A stretch of 64,000 nucleotides of DNA from assembly GCA_026770705.1 (NCBI GenBank), contig JANJGN010000007.1, positions 56,606,001-56,670,000 of the forward strand, in the 5' to 3' direction. How positions within the stretch are numbered: the first letter of the stretch is position 1; every line of letters begins with the position of its first letter. A program made the position numbers and the translations under genes. The notes below the pieces were generated by a model that was not told the origin of the DNA, made no database searches, and saw only the letters and a program-made list of their open reading frames with translations. This DNA comes from Isurus oxyrinchus (taxonomy: Eukaryota). Shown here in pieces: positions 35,031-48,991 of the stretch.

Positions 35031-37608
35031 AACTTATTGGACATCCTATTGGTGTGCATTTAGGCAAGGCCCTGGAACTCTGTTATTGATGTTGTATAAA
35101 CTACCTTAAGACAATTTTTCCTTCACTTGGTCTAAACTTAGATATTAGGCTTGTTAACACCTATTGTTTGAGAGTAATGAGTGTCAATTAAGGTGTGAAA
35201 TGGTGTCTCCCCCCTGCACAGTGCCAGAAACCATGTGCATATACACAGCTAACAACCTTTGGTAGTACACAAAACAGGTAGATCATAGTGGTCCAATTTT
35301 GGAACTCAATACTCGCACTAACGTACTCCCTTAACCTTGCATGGCTGACCATGAATTCAGCAGCAGGAAACACTCCCCCATCTGCACCATTTAAAGGGAT
35401 CATCAATGACTTCAGCTACGTTGCTGGTTGAATTTGTCTAGCTGTTGCTGTGATTCTACAAGTGTTTGGTTCTTTTTATAGTTGTTTTGAGTTGCAAATG
35501 AATACTGGGAGTGATGTGACAGGTGCCCAGGATCTTTTTGTCTTCTGTATAAACCAGTTACTCTTAGACATGGGTGAACCAATAGTCATTCCCTTTGGAA
35601 GACAGCATGATTGGAAGAGGAAGTAGAGGGAACAGATAGGAGGACAAGCTGCTGGAACAGGGGACAAAGGCTCTCAGCAGCAGGCCAACTCCATCCAGGG
35701 TATTCAGGAAGCAATTCCCCTATCTGAACTTCAATGAGGAACATAGTGTGAGGCATCTGCACTTCAATAAGGACATCCTCAATGAAACCTACCACTTGCT
35801 TAGTCACAACACAACCTGAGTAAGGCAAGGACTGCATTACCAATGGCCGTCAAGGTGACTGTGGCGATAACCTTTTTTGCATCTGGCTCCTCCAAGCTGG
35901 AGCTGGAGATATCTGCAACATGTTATGGTTTGCCATCAATTGATGCATAACAGAAGTCCCCGAGGTTGTCTAAATGAAGAGTGCTAATTACATTTCATTC
36001 TTTTTGTCAGAGATCAGCAATTGAAGAGAACATGAGCTTTACTGGTTTTCTGTGGTGCAGAATGCCATGAATGCAAATACCTGGTTTTGTGGGTATTGCA
36101 TGCCCTGTACCGGAACTGAAAGGGCTCCCACATCCGCAATATCTGGCTGGTGAGTGACCACAGGCTGTGAATCATCCAAACAAATGCCCAATGTCCCACA
36201 GCAGATATGATGCCTTCATTCTGTGTCAGCAGCATTTCAACCATAACAACAAACCCCAAAGCACGGCTTACTGGGCTCATGACTCTAATGTATAGCCCAC
36301 ACTCACATGGGCAGAATGCACACAATGAAAGTCATGGCGCTATTCAAAAGTGTGATAGAACAAACCACTAGCATGATGAAACAACATTTCCACTGCCTGG
36401 ATGCCCTGGAAGAGTCTTTGCAGTATTCGGCAGGACAGATCTCAAGATTTGTGGTGGCCTGCAGCAGGCTGCATAACCTAACCATTATGAAAGGACAGCT
36501 CTTACTTTCAGTTATATTGTGAGCGGCTGAGCGGAGAATGAATAGAAGGAGAAAGAAGAGGAAAGGACAGCGGTCCGTGCAGGCTGTCTGTGAAGAACTG
36601 ATCCAAGTGCAAAACCAGTAACCCAACCCCAATTCCCCATTCACCAAGAGTCACATACCTTACCATCTCGCTGTCACTGAACGTCACAACATCTGCTGGT
36701 ACAAGGCAAAAAAAAAGCCAACACAAAATAAACATTCCAAACCAAATTTATAAATGAAATCATTCCATATCCCATTTTAAAAAATCATCTAATCACTCTT
36801 GTGTACTCCCTTAGTGCCCATGTCCAAGTGCTACCACAATGGCTCTAACATGGCTGGTGGAAGGCTGCTGACTTTCAGTGCAAGAGACTGCTGGCAGTCT
36901 TGCAGGATGACCTCGAGCAGCTCTGGGCTGAGAAAGTTCCGCTGTTGGCTGCACCAGTCTGGGCGGTCTGGCTGACAAGCAACAGAAAGGGTTCTCTAGC
37001 GGAAGGGCAAGGTGAGAGGATGAAAGCTGTCATCCTGAGAGAGAACAGTTGGCTTTTGCTGCTTGGAGCAAATACCACTCCCCTAGGCAGTGCCTCAACA
37101 ACTCTAGCTACCTGTTGGAAAATAGATTGCGAGACTTAGGCGAGACTCCGCAAACCCCTTTGAAAAGTAGAATCTGCAGCCATGATGGCAGCAGTCTGAG
37201 CTTCCTCTGCAGTGTTCAAGCTGCTGTTTCTGCTGCAATGGAGGCCAGGGCATTGCCCATTAACACTGCAATGTGTATAGGTCCACAAGCCTGCTAATGG
37301 AGTTGGCCACCACTTCCACACTGAAAGGACAGGCTTCAAACTCTGTTGAAAATCCTGTATCAAGCTGGTGCTGGATTTCTCCATGAACCTTGACATTGAT
37401 TGCAGATTTTCCAACAGACATCCCCCAATGCACCAAGCATTGTATTGTGCCTACTAATCGCTGTTTTTCTGTAGGCCACCCCATCAAAATCCTTATCTGA
37501 GTCCTCATCAGTACAACTACATTTCACCTCACCCTCTGGTGAATAGGGTCTGTACTATCCTTGCCCCCTATCCTAGCTGCAGTGCACTTATGCCTGCTGT
37601 GTAACCAT

Positions 37609-38237
37609 GGGTAAAATGTTTAGCCCAGTGAGTGGACGTGCCCCCGACCCACTCGGGCGTAAAATGACATACATTGACATCAGGTGAGTGTCCCAACGTC
37701 AACACACTGTCACGCGATATTTCACTCAGTTGGCATGCGCCAGAGTTGGCAGTGCGCCTGTCAACAATTAAAAGGCCTGTTAAAGCCATTAAATTATCAA
37801 TTAAGTTGAATTTTTCGCTGCCCGTCCAACCTTACAGTTGGCAGGGAGGCGAAAAGGCCAAGCGGCCTTTGCACTTTTTCGGAAAACTCATCCACAGGTA
37901 GGATGAGGTTTCCTAAAGCAAATAAAAATAAAATAAAAATGTTAAAACTTAATTAATAACATGTCCCTGCTCATGTGACAGAGTCACATGAGGGGACATG
38001 TTTCATTAGATATTTGTTGTCTTTTTTTTTATATAACTCCTCATCTCCCTGAGGCAGCTCCTCTCCGCGCCTGCATGGGCAGCACTGAGCACTGCTGTTC
38101 ATGTTTCACGCTGGGCGAGCCTTAACTGTCTCACCAATCTGAAATCAGCTTCCAAACTCGATCGTGGGCAGCAATCAGCTTCTCAACCGCCCCTGCCCGC
38201 CCCTGCTGAGCCCACCCGACATGGTGAAATTCTGCCT
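37609..38237. mobile_element. Harbinger-type MITE (~630 bp) with a central palindrome
   Basis: Imperfect TIR GGGTAAAATGTT / AAATTCTGCCT, 3-bp TSD CAT; homologous to 42898-43614. Confidence 0.8.
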
Positions 38238-38949
38238 CATGTGTAGATCCTGGCTCTAATTTACCCTCTAACATAAGCATTGTTAATATCTGAGCTAGTG
38301 GCTGTAAGTGTGAAGTCAAGTGACGGTGCTATGTCTTCATCATCACTCTCTCCTTGGTGTTCTTTCATTGTCTGACTAGGTTTCGCATCTTGGCTTTCTA
38401 AAGGGAAAAATGCACAACTATAATGTTATGGTGAGGGAGGTAAAGGGGGAATCATAAGAGGTGCATCTTTGCATCATCTAGAGTTTATAAATCAGAAGAG
38501 ATTGTGGGATCAGGGAACACCTGGATTTAAGAAGGAGGATTGGGTTTGAGGATATCATCATCCTTGATGGTTTCAAGCCCATCAAGGCCACACCCTCAGC
38601 AATGGTTATCCCAATAATGGCTGGTGTCATCTCCTCCATGGGTTTAGAACATGCAGACATGCCTGGTCCCCTCTGTTTAGCTCCTGCTGCCATCAGTTAT
38701 GTACCCTTGCTCTATAAAAGAAAGGGAAGTGTGTCAGTGAGTGTCAAGCAGTGTGTTTGGGTAATGTGCCTGTCATGGTTGAATAGCTGGCATTGTGTCT
38801 GAGCTATAAGATGTGGGTAGGCTTTACAGCCTTCTCTAAGTGTGTGAATGTAAGATGAAGCTATGAATGTTTGGTGTGAAGTCTGATAAAGAGAGATTGT
38901 GTGAGAAATGGGGGCACGGTGCATTGAGCAGTGAGTAAGGCTCGGTATT

Positions 38950-39381
38950 GGGCCAGGATCTGAGTGGGGTGGGTGGGGAATCAAAATATTGGCACCAGAA
39001 GTCGTACCGGTTGTCTGGCACATCCCGTCCCAGTGCCATTTTTGGGGAGGTGAGATGGGGAGTAGGGGGGTGGGGGTGTGGAGGAGGGGGGAGTAGTGGG
39101 GTGTGGTATGGCTACCCATCAGCACACAGCAGGTAGCAATTCTAGCTACTTAACAGCTAGTTAAGGCCAATTAAAGGAGACTGACTGGAATTTTGCAGTC
39201 AGTCTCCACGTCCTCACAGGCCTCAGATTGGCCCTCCGACTTCCTTAATTGGATGGCAAACTGTGCTCTGATCATTAATTTGGGAAAATCACCATGAGTG
39301 ACAGCATCCCACACAGTGAGGGCATCTGACCCGCATTTGAGACTGACAGCAGGGTTCAAAACCCCAAGGGAAAATCCTGCC
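38950..39381. mobile_element. Harbinger-type MITE
   Basis: Ends GGGCCAGGAT / AAAATCCTGCC; shares the ttaaggcc(a)attaa motif with the 37609 family. Confidence 0.5.
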
Positions 39382-41499
39382 AGCTATCTCTCCTCCCCTC
39401 CGCCTCTTCCACCAAGACTTCCAGTGCAGCATTCAAAGGCGTTTGAAGCTTGCTTTCTCCCCTATTGCACCACTTCTCACTGTTTCCCAGGTCAAATTCA
39501 CTTCCTACATGACTCCCAACACCTGCTCCAGCCACAATGCACCTGCTCTTTGAGAGGTGCAGGTTAGCTTTAAGTGGTGCTGGGAAATTGTGATTTTGAA
39601 TCCCCTGCTGATGCATGCAGCCAATCAACAAGGTGTTAAGCGGTGGCTGCACGCAGCAATCATTCTACTGAACAGGCAGCACAAAGTTGGCATGCTGCCT
39701 GCATTTCAACCCACAGTTAATCATGCAACACATTTCCCTCACCCATTTCTGGGCGCTATCTAAGTTAACTCCCAAATTGTTGAAAGGCAGACTGAAAAAC
39801 CAGAACATGGATTTTTATTAATCATTCTCATCTCCAATTTTTTTTTACCTTTGCAGCTTGCATGTAGAACCTGTTAACCAATTATTTCTTTTTTATTCTA
39901 CTCCAGTTCCTGAGGTACACGAAGAACTGAACCAACACCTGTTTAATGGCCACAAATTTGCATTGAAAGTCATAGCTAAAATAAGCACCTCCTTTTATCA
40001 TGAAGTGGATGAACTCATCCTCTTAAAGAGATAATGTCAATGTATTTAAATACCTAGCAATGATTGTGCTCTGGTTCCTCAGTTCTCACAAGAAGTGTTC
40101 AGGTTTCTTGAAATTAACCTTATTGCCAAAAAGCTGAAGAACAAGCTCTTTGCACCTATAGCAGCTTTCAGTCAGTAGGCTTCCTATAGATAGATAGGTC
40201 TTTGAACTATGGGAAATACTGTAGGCATATATTCCGGCTTATATAATGGAGAGTTATTTTACATGACAAACAGTATATTGTGCAAAGAGAGACACAGGAA
40301 TTTCAATGACGGCATGTTTAGTTGCTTATTATGAATATATTTAATTTTAAATTTCTATTCATCTCTTTGCTCAGAGTGCTTTTTAAAATAACTCCCTATT
40401 AGTTTCAGGTTCACTAATGCAGTCTACAAGTCCAGCCTCCCAGTAGGATACCGATTTGCTGCAGGCTGCAATGGATTCCTGGAATTAGAATCCTTCAGTT
40501 CTGCCGGTAGCGTTCATTAGCAGGTCCATGCAACTAGTACTGTGCTGATTGCAGTCCATCTTTAACACTTAATGTCTGATGTGTACTGGTGATTGCTTCT
40601 AGATATTGGAGGACAGACTCCAGTTGTTTCTTTAGGTTTCACAGGCAAAGCAATGTTTTTCTTTATCTATTATTAAGTGTTTCCAGACTCATGAGGAAAG
40701 CCATTGAGGCTTTTTCATCTTTTTGTTAAATCTAAACAATGAAATCCAACAAGTCTGACCCTGTAGCAGATAGTACTCTTTTTGGTGCCTTTATTTATGC
40801 TTCAGCAAATACTGAGGGGACAGAGCACAGGCGCATAGTTGTCATCACTTCCACTCATTTCATTTTATCCAGTATAAGATAACCTAAATATATTTTTAAG
40901 ATTTTGAATTGTTTGATGTGATCACAGAGGAATGTCTTTTTTGAATCAGATCGCCTCAGTTTCTGGAAAGTTGCCTGAACATAAGTAATACTTTGTCCCA
41001 AAATCACAACTTCTTCTGAAATAGTATTTCTTTTTGTTTGCATTTCAGGAAACTTAGATCACCTTTGATTTAAGTCATTGCAATCTCTTACATGAGGCAA
41101 ACCTATGGTGATCAATGGATTTGATAGAACCTTAAGTTTGGTTCATGCTTTGACGCTAATACTAGTGCTCCCTACTTTTTGGAACAAGATAAATTAATCA
41201 CTATCACTGTACACTCTTTATGTAAGTCCCATTTTTTTACACTCTCACTTCTTGCCTTTCCCTCTACTTCCATATAACTGCAGGTCTCTTGCTCTTGCTC
41301 CTTGGTCACCATTTGTGCCCCTTCTACTCTGTCATTATACATGACACAGGCAAGTTGCATTTGTTAAATAAAATTTGTGAATCTACATAAATCCATAAGT
41401 ATATATGTGTTAACACAAAAAAGATAATTTCAGTCCACCTGGCTAGCACTAAAGTTTTCAAACAGAATGCATAGTTATCAGTATGTATTGCTCATTGAT

Positions 41500-42350
41500 T
41501 TTCTTGTCCAATGTCTCTCTCACATCCTCTTAGAAATTACTGCTTTAAGAAGTCTTGATTGGCTCGCGGACACTCCTTTCTAAACATTCACTATTATCTA
41601 TGTGAAGTAATTATATATGATTTCAGCATTCACTCTCCTCCTTAGATTCATTTCACGACTCCCTATTGTCATTCAAAAGGCCATGATAAACAGTTTCTCA
41701 AGGTTGAACATGCTAAACTCCTCAACAATCTGGCTTTCAGTCTTTTCTAATATAAACAATCTCAGATTCTCCAATTCTTGAAACTTGGGTGTCCAATGCC
41801 AGGCCTTAGAGAGATAACCCTTTGCTACATCTTTAACAATATCCTTCCTCTAATATGGTAATCATGCTGTATGTGGTACAGTGGGACAACTCTATTTCCT
41901 ATAGAGGCTTAGGATCCTATTCTGTGATTTGTGTTCTATTCCAGTGATATACCAAAGTCCAATTTGCTTCCTCTACTACTGTTTTACAATGGTTCCAACT
42001 ACATGTCTATCAATATCCCCAATTTATTTTCCTGTACAATTTCATTTACAGTTTCAATATTTATTCTCCTTCCCTAGTCTCATCACTTTGCACTTGTCAA
42101 CGTTGAATTTAATTTGTCATTCTCAGTGTGACGTTCCAATCTATCTAGATCTCTTGACACCGGATAAAGCTGCTCTTGATTGTTAGCAACCCCCGTTCCC
42201 TCACTTTGGTGCCCAGCAAATTTTGACAGCTTTGTCTCTATTCTCACTTTCAAATAATTAATATACAACATGAACAGCAAAGGTCTCATCACCAATCCTT
42301 GTGTCACCCCATTAGTCACTTCCCACCATTCAGATGTTGTTCCATGCACC
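41500..42350 (-). mobile_element. Old CR1 RT fragment
   Basis: WWEVTNGVTQGLVMRPLLFMLYINYL..SKFA. Confidence 0.65.
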
Positions 42351-42897
42351 TTAACTGAATCACTGCTTCACATGTCACATTGACAGCTGCTGTTCCCTCC
42401 AAAGCTATAGTAATAATTGACATCGAATCAAAGCCTACTGTTCTTTGCTTTACAGTGATTGGAAATCATAAAATAGGTAACAAGTATTTTTTTCTGTTTA
42501 CATATACATAGATAATTCCAGACTTATTCCTTATGTAATACACTAATTAGTCAACATTATTACAGGCATATTGAGAATGAAAGAGGAGGAAAGAAGTTTC
42601 GCTTAATACTGAATTGTTTCAGCTCTCATTAAAATCACCCAAGGCATCATATTAGGACTTGGTTCAAACAAAGAATTTGTAAGGGTTATATACAGACTAC
42701 AATATGTTATTCCCAGTAAAGCTACAATTTGTTAAAAGTGCAGGTCAATATTGCTGCTACTTGAGGCTCTTAAGATAAATTGTTTGCCTGTGGAAATGTT
42801 TGGTCCCGTGAACCACTTCTAAATTCTATTTCTATCATCATTCTGATTCTTTATCTATACATTTATATCTTGGATAAACTGGAAGGAAAACCTGTTG

Positions 42898-43614
42898 GGC
42901 CAGAACTTTTCACTTGTCGGGTGGAAGCGTGCCCAGGCCAAACGAGCATAAAGTGATGCACAATGACGTCGGGCCAGCGTCCCAATGCCATTGGCACTCG
43001 CAAGGTATTTTGGTTGGAGGGTGCATGCAGGAGTTGCAGCACGCCCGCCGACAATCAACAGGCCTATTAAGGCCATTAAAGATCTAACTGAGTTACATTT
43101 TTTGCTGCCCATCCAACCTTACAGTTGGCGGAACAGGCGAAAAGGCCAACTGGCCTTTGGATTTTTTAGGAACTCTCACCCACGGGCGAGATGAGGCTTC
43201 CAACAGCAATTAAAAATTAAATAAAATTTTTAATATTTCATTCATAACATGTCCCTGCTCATGTGACAGAGTCACGAGGGGACATATTTTTTTTAACATT
43301 CTTCATTTTTCATTTTTTAAACCTTCAGCTCCCTGAGGCACAGAGCTGTCTCAGGGCGCTTTCATTGTACGCACCCACGTGCACGCGCGAACTCGCCCTC
43401 CTTTCCCCCCAACCCCCACCCCCCCCACACAGGCAGTGCTGAGCGCTACAGTGTATGTTTCACACTGTGCGGGACTTAATTGACGCATCAGCATGAAATC
43501 ATGGTCGGGCCCCGATCATGGGCAGTGGTCGGCTTCCTGACCCCCAACACCCCTCCCCCCGACTGCCCCCATCCACCCCGGCTGAGCCCGCCCAACATGG
43601 GCAAAACCTTGCCC
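42898..43614. mobile_element. Second copy of the palindromic Harbinger MITE family
   Basis: Colinear with 37609-38237, including the hairpin at ~43247-43289. Confidence 0.8.
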
Positions 43615-44088
43615 CTGAATTCTGTGAAAAACCATCAAATATCTATTAAATATCCCAGTAGGGGGAAAAAAAACAATTCGGGGTTTTTTTTCTTGAAAAC
43701 AGAAATAAAATAAATGTTTGCTGGATATTTGTTTTTGCAAATAAAATCTACTCTCTGCTTTCATATATTGACCCACTAATGTGACAAATGTTAGATTTTT
43801 AAGAAAAGTTATTTATTACATACCACTAACAGCACCATAAAATTACCATATAGTAATAATCTCTTCAGATTTATAATCCCCTATTATGCTTTAAGAATTT
43901 AAATGTCTTCAATGATATTCTGATAGGACTCAGTGGCATGGATTAAAGCTGTGCCTGGACTGAGCCTTAAAGTAAATAGCAAATTGTAACTGAGGAAGAA
44001 TTTGGATATCCAGAAAACCCAATTTTTGTCCCAGTTCAGATCATTTCAGTAAAACAGCTTTTATGAAAAGAGAGCTAATCTACTGGCT

Positions 44089-44660
44089 GGCTAGAATTTT
44101 ACGTTGAAGAAGCAAGCTCTGCCATGGGACCAAAGTGGATGTCATGGCCATATGGGCAAGGTGCAAAGTTTCATAGCACCACAACACACCACCACATTAC
44201 CTGACACTTTTGCTGGGGCATGTTGAAGGGCTACACTAGATCTATCCAGGCATCGCAACCATATCTTCAGAAGGCTTACAGCCTGCTCAATGGTCACTTG
44301 TGTTGTCCGATGGCAGATGTTATGCCTGTCCTCTGCATCAATGCTTTGGTTCCTCACAGGCATAAATAGCCATCTCTTTAATGGGTAACCCTTATCAACT
44401 AGTATCAGCTCTCGAAGGAGCTCAAGGAGTCTGAAAAGCTCAGGCACCTGAGACTGCTTTAACATGTTGACGTGTGGCAACTTCCCAACAACCTCGCCCA
44501 AACCTGAAGGATCTGTTTGCAGTGGTCCCAGGTCAGTTGTAAATTAAGCAAGTGGAAGCCCTTCCTGCTGATGAAGGCTCAGGTCTGATCTATGAGTTCC
44601 TTGATGGCCACTTACATGCAATTAGTGACACCGGACACCAGCGATGGCCCAGAATCCTAT
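44089..44660 (-). mobile_element. Harbinger fragment: TIR-like end and transposase C-terminal part
   Basis: GGCTAGAATTTT at 44089; LVDKGYPLKRWLFMPVR..TIEQAVSLLKIWLRCLDRS..VVVCC. Confidence 0.7.
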
Positions 44661-44919
44661 TTCCTCATAGTCTGACTGTCTGAATTCATGTACTGGCTAC
44701 CCCTCTGAACAAAACATTGATGACTACCTTGATGCAGTGATAATTTACAGACTAGGAGATCCTACAGATTTCTCCAGGAGATCTTTGGATTTATTCTAAG
44801 GAATGGATATTCTGCACCAGCTCCAATGGGCAGGTAACATTCAGCCAGTTATCTCTCCTCTGATCTATTAAATATTAGCACACTTTTCTCGCCTTAGAAT
44901 TTGGTATGTGTGATGTTGT

Positions 44920-47900
44920 TTTTTATTCATTCATGGGATGGGGTTCGCTGGCTGGGCCAGCATTTATTGCCTATCACAGGTTGCCCTTGAGAAAGTGGTG
45001 GAAAGCTGCCTTCTTGAACCGCTCCAGTCCATGTGGTGTAGGTACACCCACAGTGCTGTTAGGAAGGCAGTTCCAGGATTTTGACCCAGCAACAGTGTAG
45101 GAATGGTGATATATTTGGAAATCAAGATGGTGAGTGACTTGGAGGGGAACCTCCAGGTTTGGTGTTCCCATCTATCTGCTGCCCTTGTCCTAGATGATAG
45201 TGGTTGTGGGTTTGGAAGGTGCTGTCTAAGGAGCCTTGGTGAATTCCTGCAGTGCATCTTGTAGATGGTACACACTGCTGCTACTGTGCATCAGTAATGG
45301 AGGGAGTGAACGTTTGTGCAATGTGGTGCCAATCAAGCGGGCTGCTTTGTCCTGGGCAGTGTCAAGCTTCTTGAGTGTTTTATGAGCTGCATTCATCCAG
45401 GCAAGTTGCGAGTATTTATTCACACTCCTGACTTGTGCGTTGTAGATGGTGGACAGGCTTTGGGGAGTCAGGAGGTGAGTTACTCGTCGCATGATTCCTA
45501 GCTTCTGACCTACTATTGTAGCCACAGTATTTATAAGGCTAGTCCAATTCAGTTTCTGGTCAATGGTAACATCTAGGATGTTGATAGTGGGGGGATTCAG
45601 TGATGGTAATGCCATTGAATGTCAAGGGGCAATGGTTGGATTCTCTTTTGTTGGAGATGGTCATTGCCTGACACTTGTGTGGCACGAATGTTACTTGCTA
45701 CCTGTCAGCCCAAGCCTGGATATTGTCCAGGTCTTGCTGCATTTGGACATGGACTGCTTCAGTATCTGAGGAGTCACGAATGGTGCTGAACATTGTGCAA
45801 TCATCAGTGAACATCCCCACTTCTGACCTTATGATGGAAGGAAGGTCATTGATGAAGCAGCTGAAGATGGTTGGGCCTAGGACACTCCTCTGAGGAACTC
45901 CTGCAGCAATGTCCTGGAGCTGAGATGACTGACCTCCAACAACCACAACCATCTTCCTTTGTGCTAGGTATGACTCCAACGAGCGGAGAGTTTTCCCCCT
46001 GATTACCATTGACTCCAGTTTTGCTAGGGCTCCTTGATGCCACACTTGGTCAAGTGCAGCCTTGATGCCAAGGGCAGTCACTCTCATCTCATCTCAGGAG
46101 TTCAGCTCTTTTGTCCATGTTTGAACCAAGGCTATAATGAGGTCAAGAGCTAAGTGGCCCTGGCAGAACCCAAACTGGGCATTAGTGAGCAGGTTATTGC
46201 TAAACACTTTCCACTTGATAGAACTGTTGATGACCCCTTCCATTACTTTACTGATGATCAAGAGTAGACTGATGGAGCGCTAATTGGCTGGGTTGGATTT
46301 GTCCTTCTTTTTGTGTACAGGTCATACCTGAGCAATTTTTCACATAGCCGGGAAGATGCTAGTGTTGTAGCTGTACTGGAACAGGTTTGCTAGGGGCGCA
46401 GCAAACTCTGGAGCACAAATCTTCAGTACTATTACCAGAATATTGTCAGGGCCCATAGCCTTTGCAATATCTAGTGCCTCCAGCCGTTTCTTGATATCAT
46501 GTGAAGAGAATCGAATTGGCTAAAAATCTGTGATGCTGGGGATCTCCAGAGGAGGTTGGGATGGATCATCCATTTGGCACTTCTGGCTGAAGATTGTTGT
46601 GAATGCTTCAGCCTTAAAGTTTGCACTGATGTGCTAGGCTCCTCCATCATTGAGGATGGGGATATTTGTGGAGCCTCCTCCTGTTTAATTGTCCACCACC
46701 ATCCACGACAGGATGTGGCAGGACTGCAGAGCTTAGATCTGATCTTTTGATTATGGGATCGCTTAGCTCTGTCTATCACTTGCTGCTTATGCTGTTTGGC
46801 ATGCAAGTTCACCAGCTACTTTTCTTTTGAATGTTTAAAACATTTGACATTTGTTTTGCATAACTTTGTTTTCATAAACTTTCTTCAGTAAATATGGTTT
46901 TTGACAATTCTAAATTCAGATACAAACACTTCTCATTAAAAGAACTTCACCAGCTTGACACGTCATTTTTAGGTATGCCCTTCTGCATTTTTCATTAAAT
47001 CAGGGTTGATCGCCCAGGCTCAATGGTAATGGTAGAGTGGGGGATATGCTGAGCTATGAAGTTACAGATTGTGTTCAAGTACGATTCTGCTGCTGCTGAT
47101 GACCCACAGTGCCTCATTGCTGCCCCATCTTGAATTGCTAGATCTGTTCAAAATCTATCCCATTTAGCATGGTGCTAGTGCCATGCAACACAATGGAGGG
47201 TATCCTCAATGTAAAGGCAGGACTTTGTCTCCACAACGACTGTGTGGTGGTTGCTCCTACCGATACTGTCATGGACAGATGCATCTGTGGTGGGCAGGCT
47301 GGTGAGGATGAGGTCAAGTGTGTTTTTCCCTCTTGTTGGTTCCCTCACCACCTGCCGCAGAGCCAGTCTAGCAGCTATGTCATTTAGGACTCAGCCAGCT
47401 CAGTTAGTAATGGTGCTACTGAGTCACTCTTGTTGACAGACATTGAAATCCCCACCCAGAGTTCATCCTGTGCCCTTGCCACCCTCAGTGCTTCCTCCAA
47501 GTGATGTTCAACATGGAGGAGCGCTGATATGTCAGCTGAAGGAGGGCGGTATGTGGTAATCAGCAGGAGGTTTCCTTGCCCATGTTTGGCCAATGCCATG
47601 AGACTTCATGGGGTCTGGTGTTGATGTTGAGGACTCCCAGGGCAACTCCTTGCTGACTGTATACAACTGTGCCACCACCTCTGCTGGGTCTGTCCTACAG
47701 GTGGGACAGGACATACCCAGGGATGGTGATGGTGGAGTCTGGGACATTGTCTGTAAGGTATGATTCCGTGAGGATGACTATGTCAGGCTGCTTGACTATC
47801 CTGTGAGACAGCTTTCCCAATTTTGGCACTAGCTCCCAGATGTTGGTAAGGAGGAGGATCGACAGGGCTGTGATTGCTGTTGTCGTTTCTGGTGCCTAAG

Positions 47901-47935
47901 GTCGATGCCAGGTGATCCGTCCCATTTGATTCCGG
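44920..47935 (-). mobile_element. Near full-length second copy of the CR1/L2-group LINE (tRNA head not retained)
   Basis: Colinear with 16605-19450; GVPQRSVLGPTIFSCFINDLP..MFTDDC; YRPPSAD. Confidence 0.88.
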
Positions 47936-48238
47936 TTTCATATTGAAGCAATTAGTAAGACTGTTATTCCATTTTCCATTTTCTTATCGTGCCATGCAAG
48001 GAATTGATCTTCATGGCCCAGGAGGGATGATGATCAGTTGGAAAATAATCTAGGAGAAATATAGCAAGTTCTTTGATAGCCTAGGAGGAGGATAGGTCGC
48101 ATTGCGGATCGTACTAGTCAGCATATGGGACAAGGTTCTCAGGAGAACCAGGGAGCCTCTGCTTGGTTGAAATGGCAACACAGACTTGCTTATTTTGGGA
48201 GGAAAGGAAATTAAATCAGAATTCACTTCAAGACTTAC

Positions 48239-48371
48239 TGATTTTATTTCAGATCCATTCAACATAACATCCTCAAAATAATAGTCTTTTCTGCCATAGG
48301 CTAGTCTTTCCATTTTCAACTGCTCAAACCTCCATGACCAATATTCTGCGACAAAGTTGTCTCGTAAATAC
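48239..48371 (-). CDS. Internal coding exon (phase 2-0) of the unidentified host gene: RYLRDNFVAEYWSWRFEQLKMERLAYGRKDYYFEDVMLNGSEIKS
   Basis: atatctatag acceptor, TCA|gtaagt consensus donor, 133 nt stop-free; phase matches the 58084 donor. Confidence 0.68.
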
Positions 48372-48991
48372 CTATAGATATTTGTATTAATCTAAAAAAT
48401 GGTTAATTCTACATTGTGAATTTTAAAAATAGGCAAAATCAGAAGTAAAACTTTGAAGCCAGTACATTGGATACCTTCATTGTTTCTACCACTTCATTCT
48501 TATTGTGAGTAATTAAGTAGAATAATACAACATTACTTAATGGAAAACTAGTCAAATCATTTACAATGTCTGACAAGAAGAGCAACCTGTTCAATACTAT
48601 TGATGCACCTGTCATGATAGTTTGCATACTGAAAACCAAACTGTGGCCACATACAAATGAGACACTTGAAACAGTTGAACAGCTTCTTCATCAGTGATCA
48701 ACAGTTGTGATATAAATTGTTGAACAGAACTATCTGGATGGTTTAGTTGGCACACTGAATCATACTGATCAGGAAAATTCTACGTTCAACCGCTGGTGGG
48801 AGCTGCGTTTTCTCATCTGATCCATGGTGGCAATTTGACCTCACTACTGCTGGACTAGAATGAGAAGAACCAGCCAGGATTCCTGCTCCTAATTGCTCAA
48901 TATCATGAATTAATGTACTGGTTTGAATAAACCTCAAAGTGAATTCCAACTTGTAATTGAAACAAGTAACTGCTTATATGTGTGTATATAT

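Larger units (their letters stand above)
35180..39773. mobile_element. Older degenerate two-gene Harbinger (transposase + ~35570-36610; Myb-type gene - ~36800-39520) with two nested MITEs
   Basis: ALPMAVKVTVAITFFASGS; VIEQTTSMMKQHFHCLD..LQYSAGQISRFVVACSRLHNL; ends approximate. Confidence 0.65.

Noticed and set aside
39908-40180. Protein-looking short plus-strand frames after AG acceptors
   Set aside because: They end in stops, have no linked exons, and are expected by chance.
48239-48371. CD38/ADP-ribosyl cyclase (VMLNGS) or helical cytokine identity for the host exons
   Set aside because: Only a 6-residue match with wrong spacing and cysteine pattern; the intron phases (1 and 2) do not fit typical phase-0 cytokine genes.
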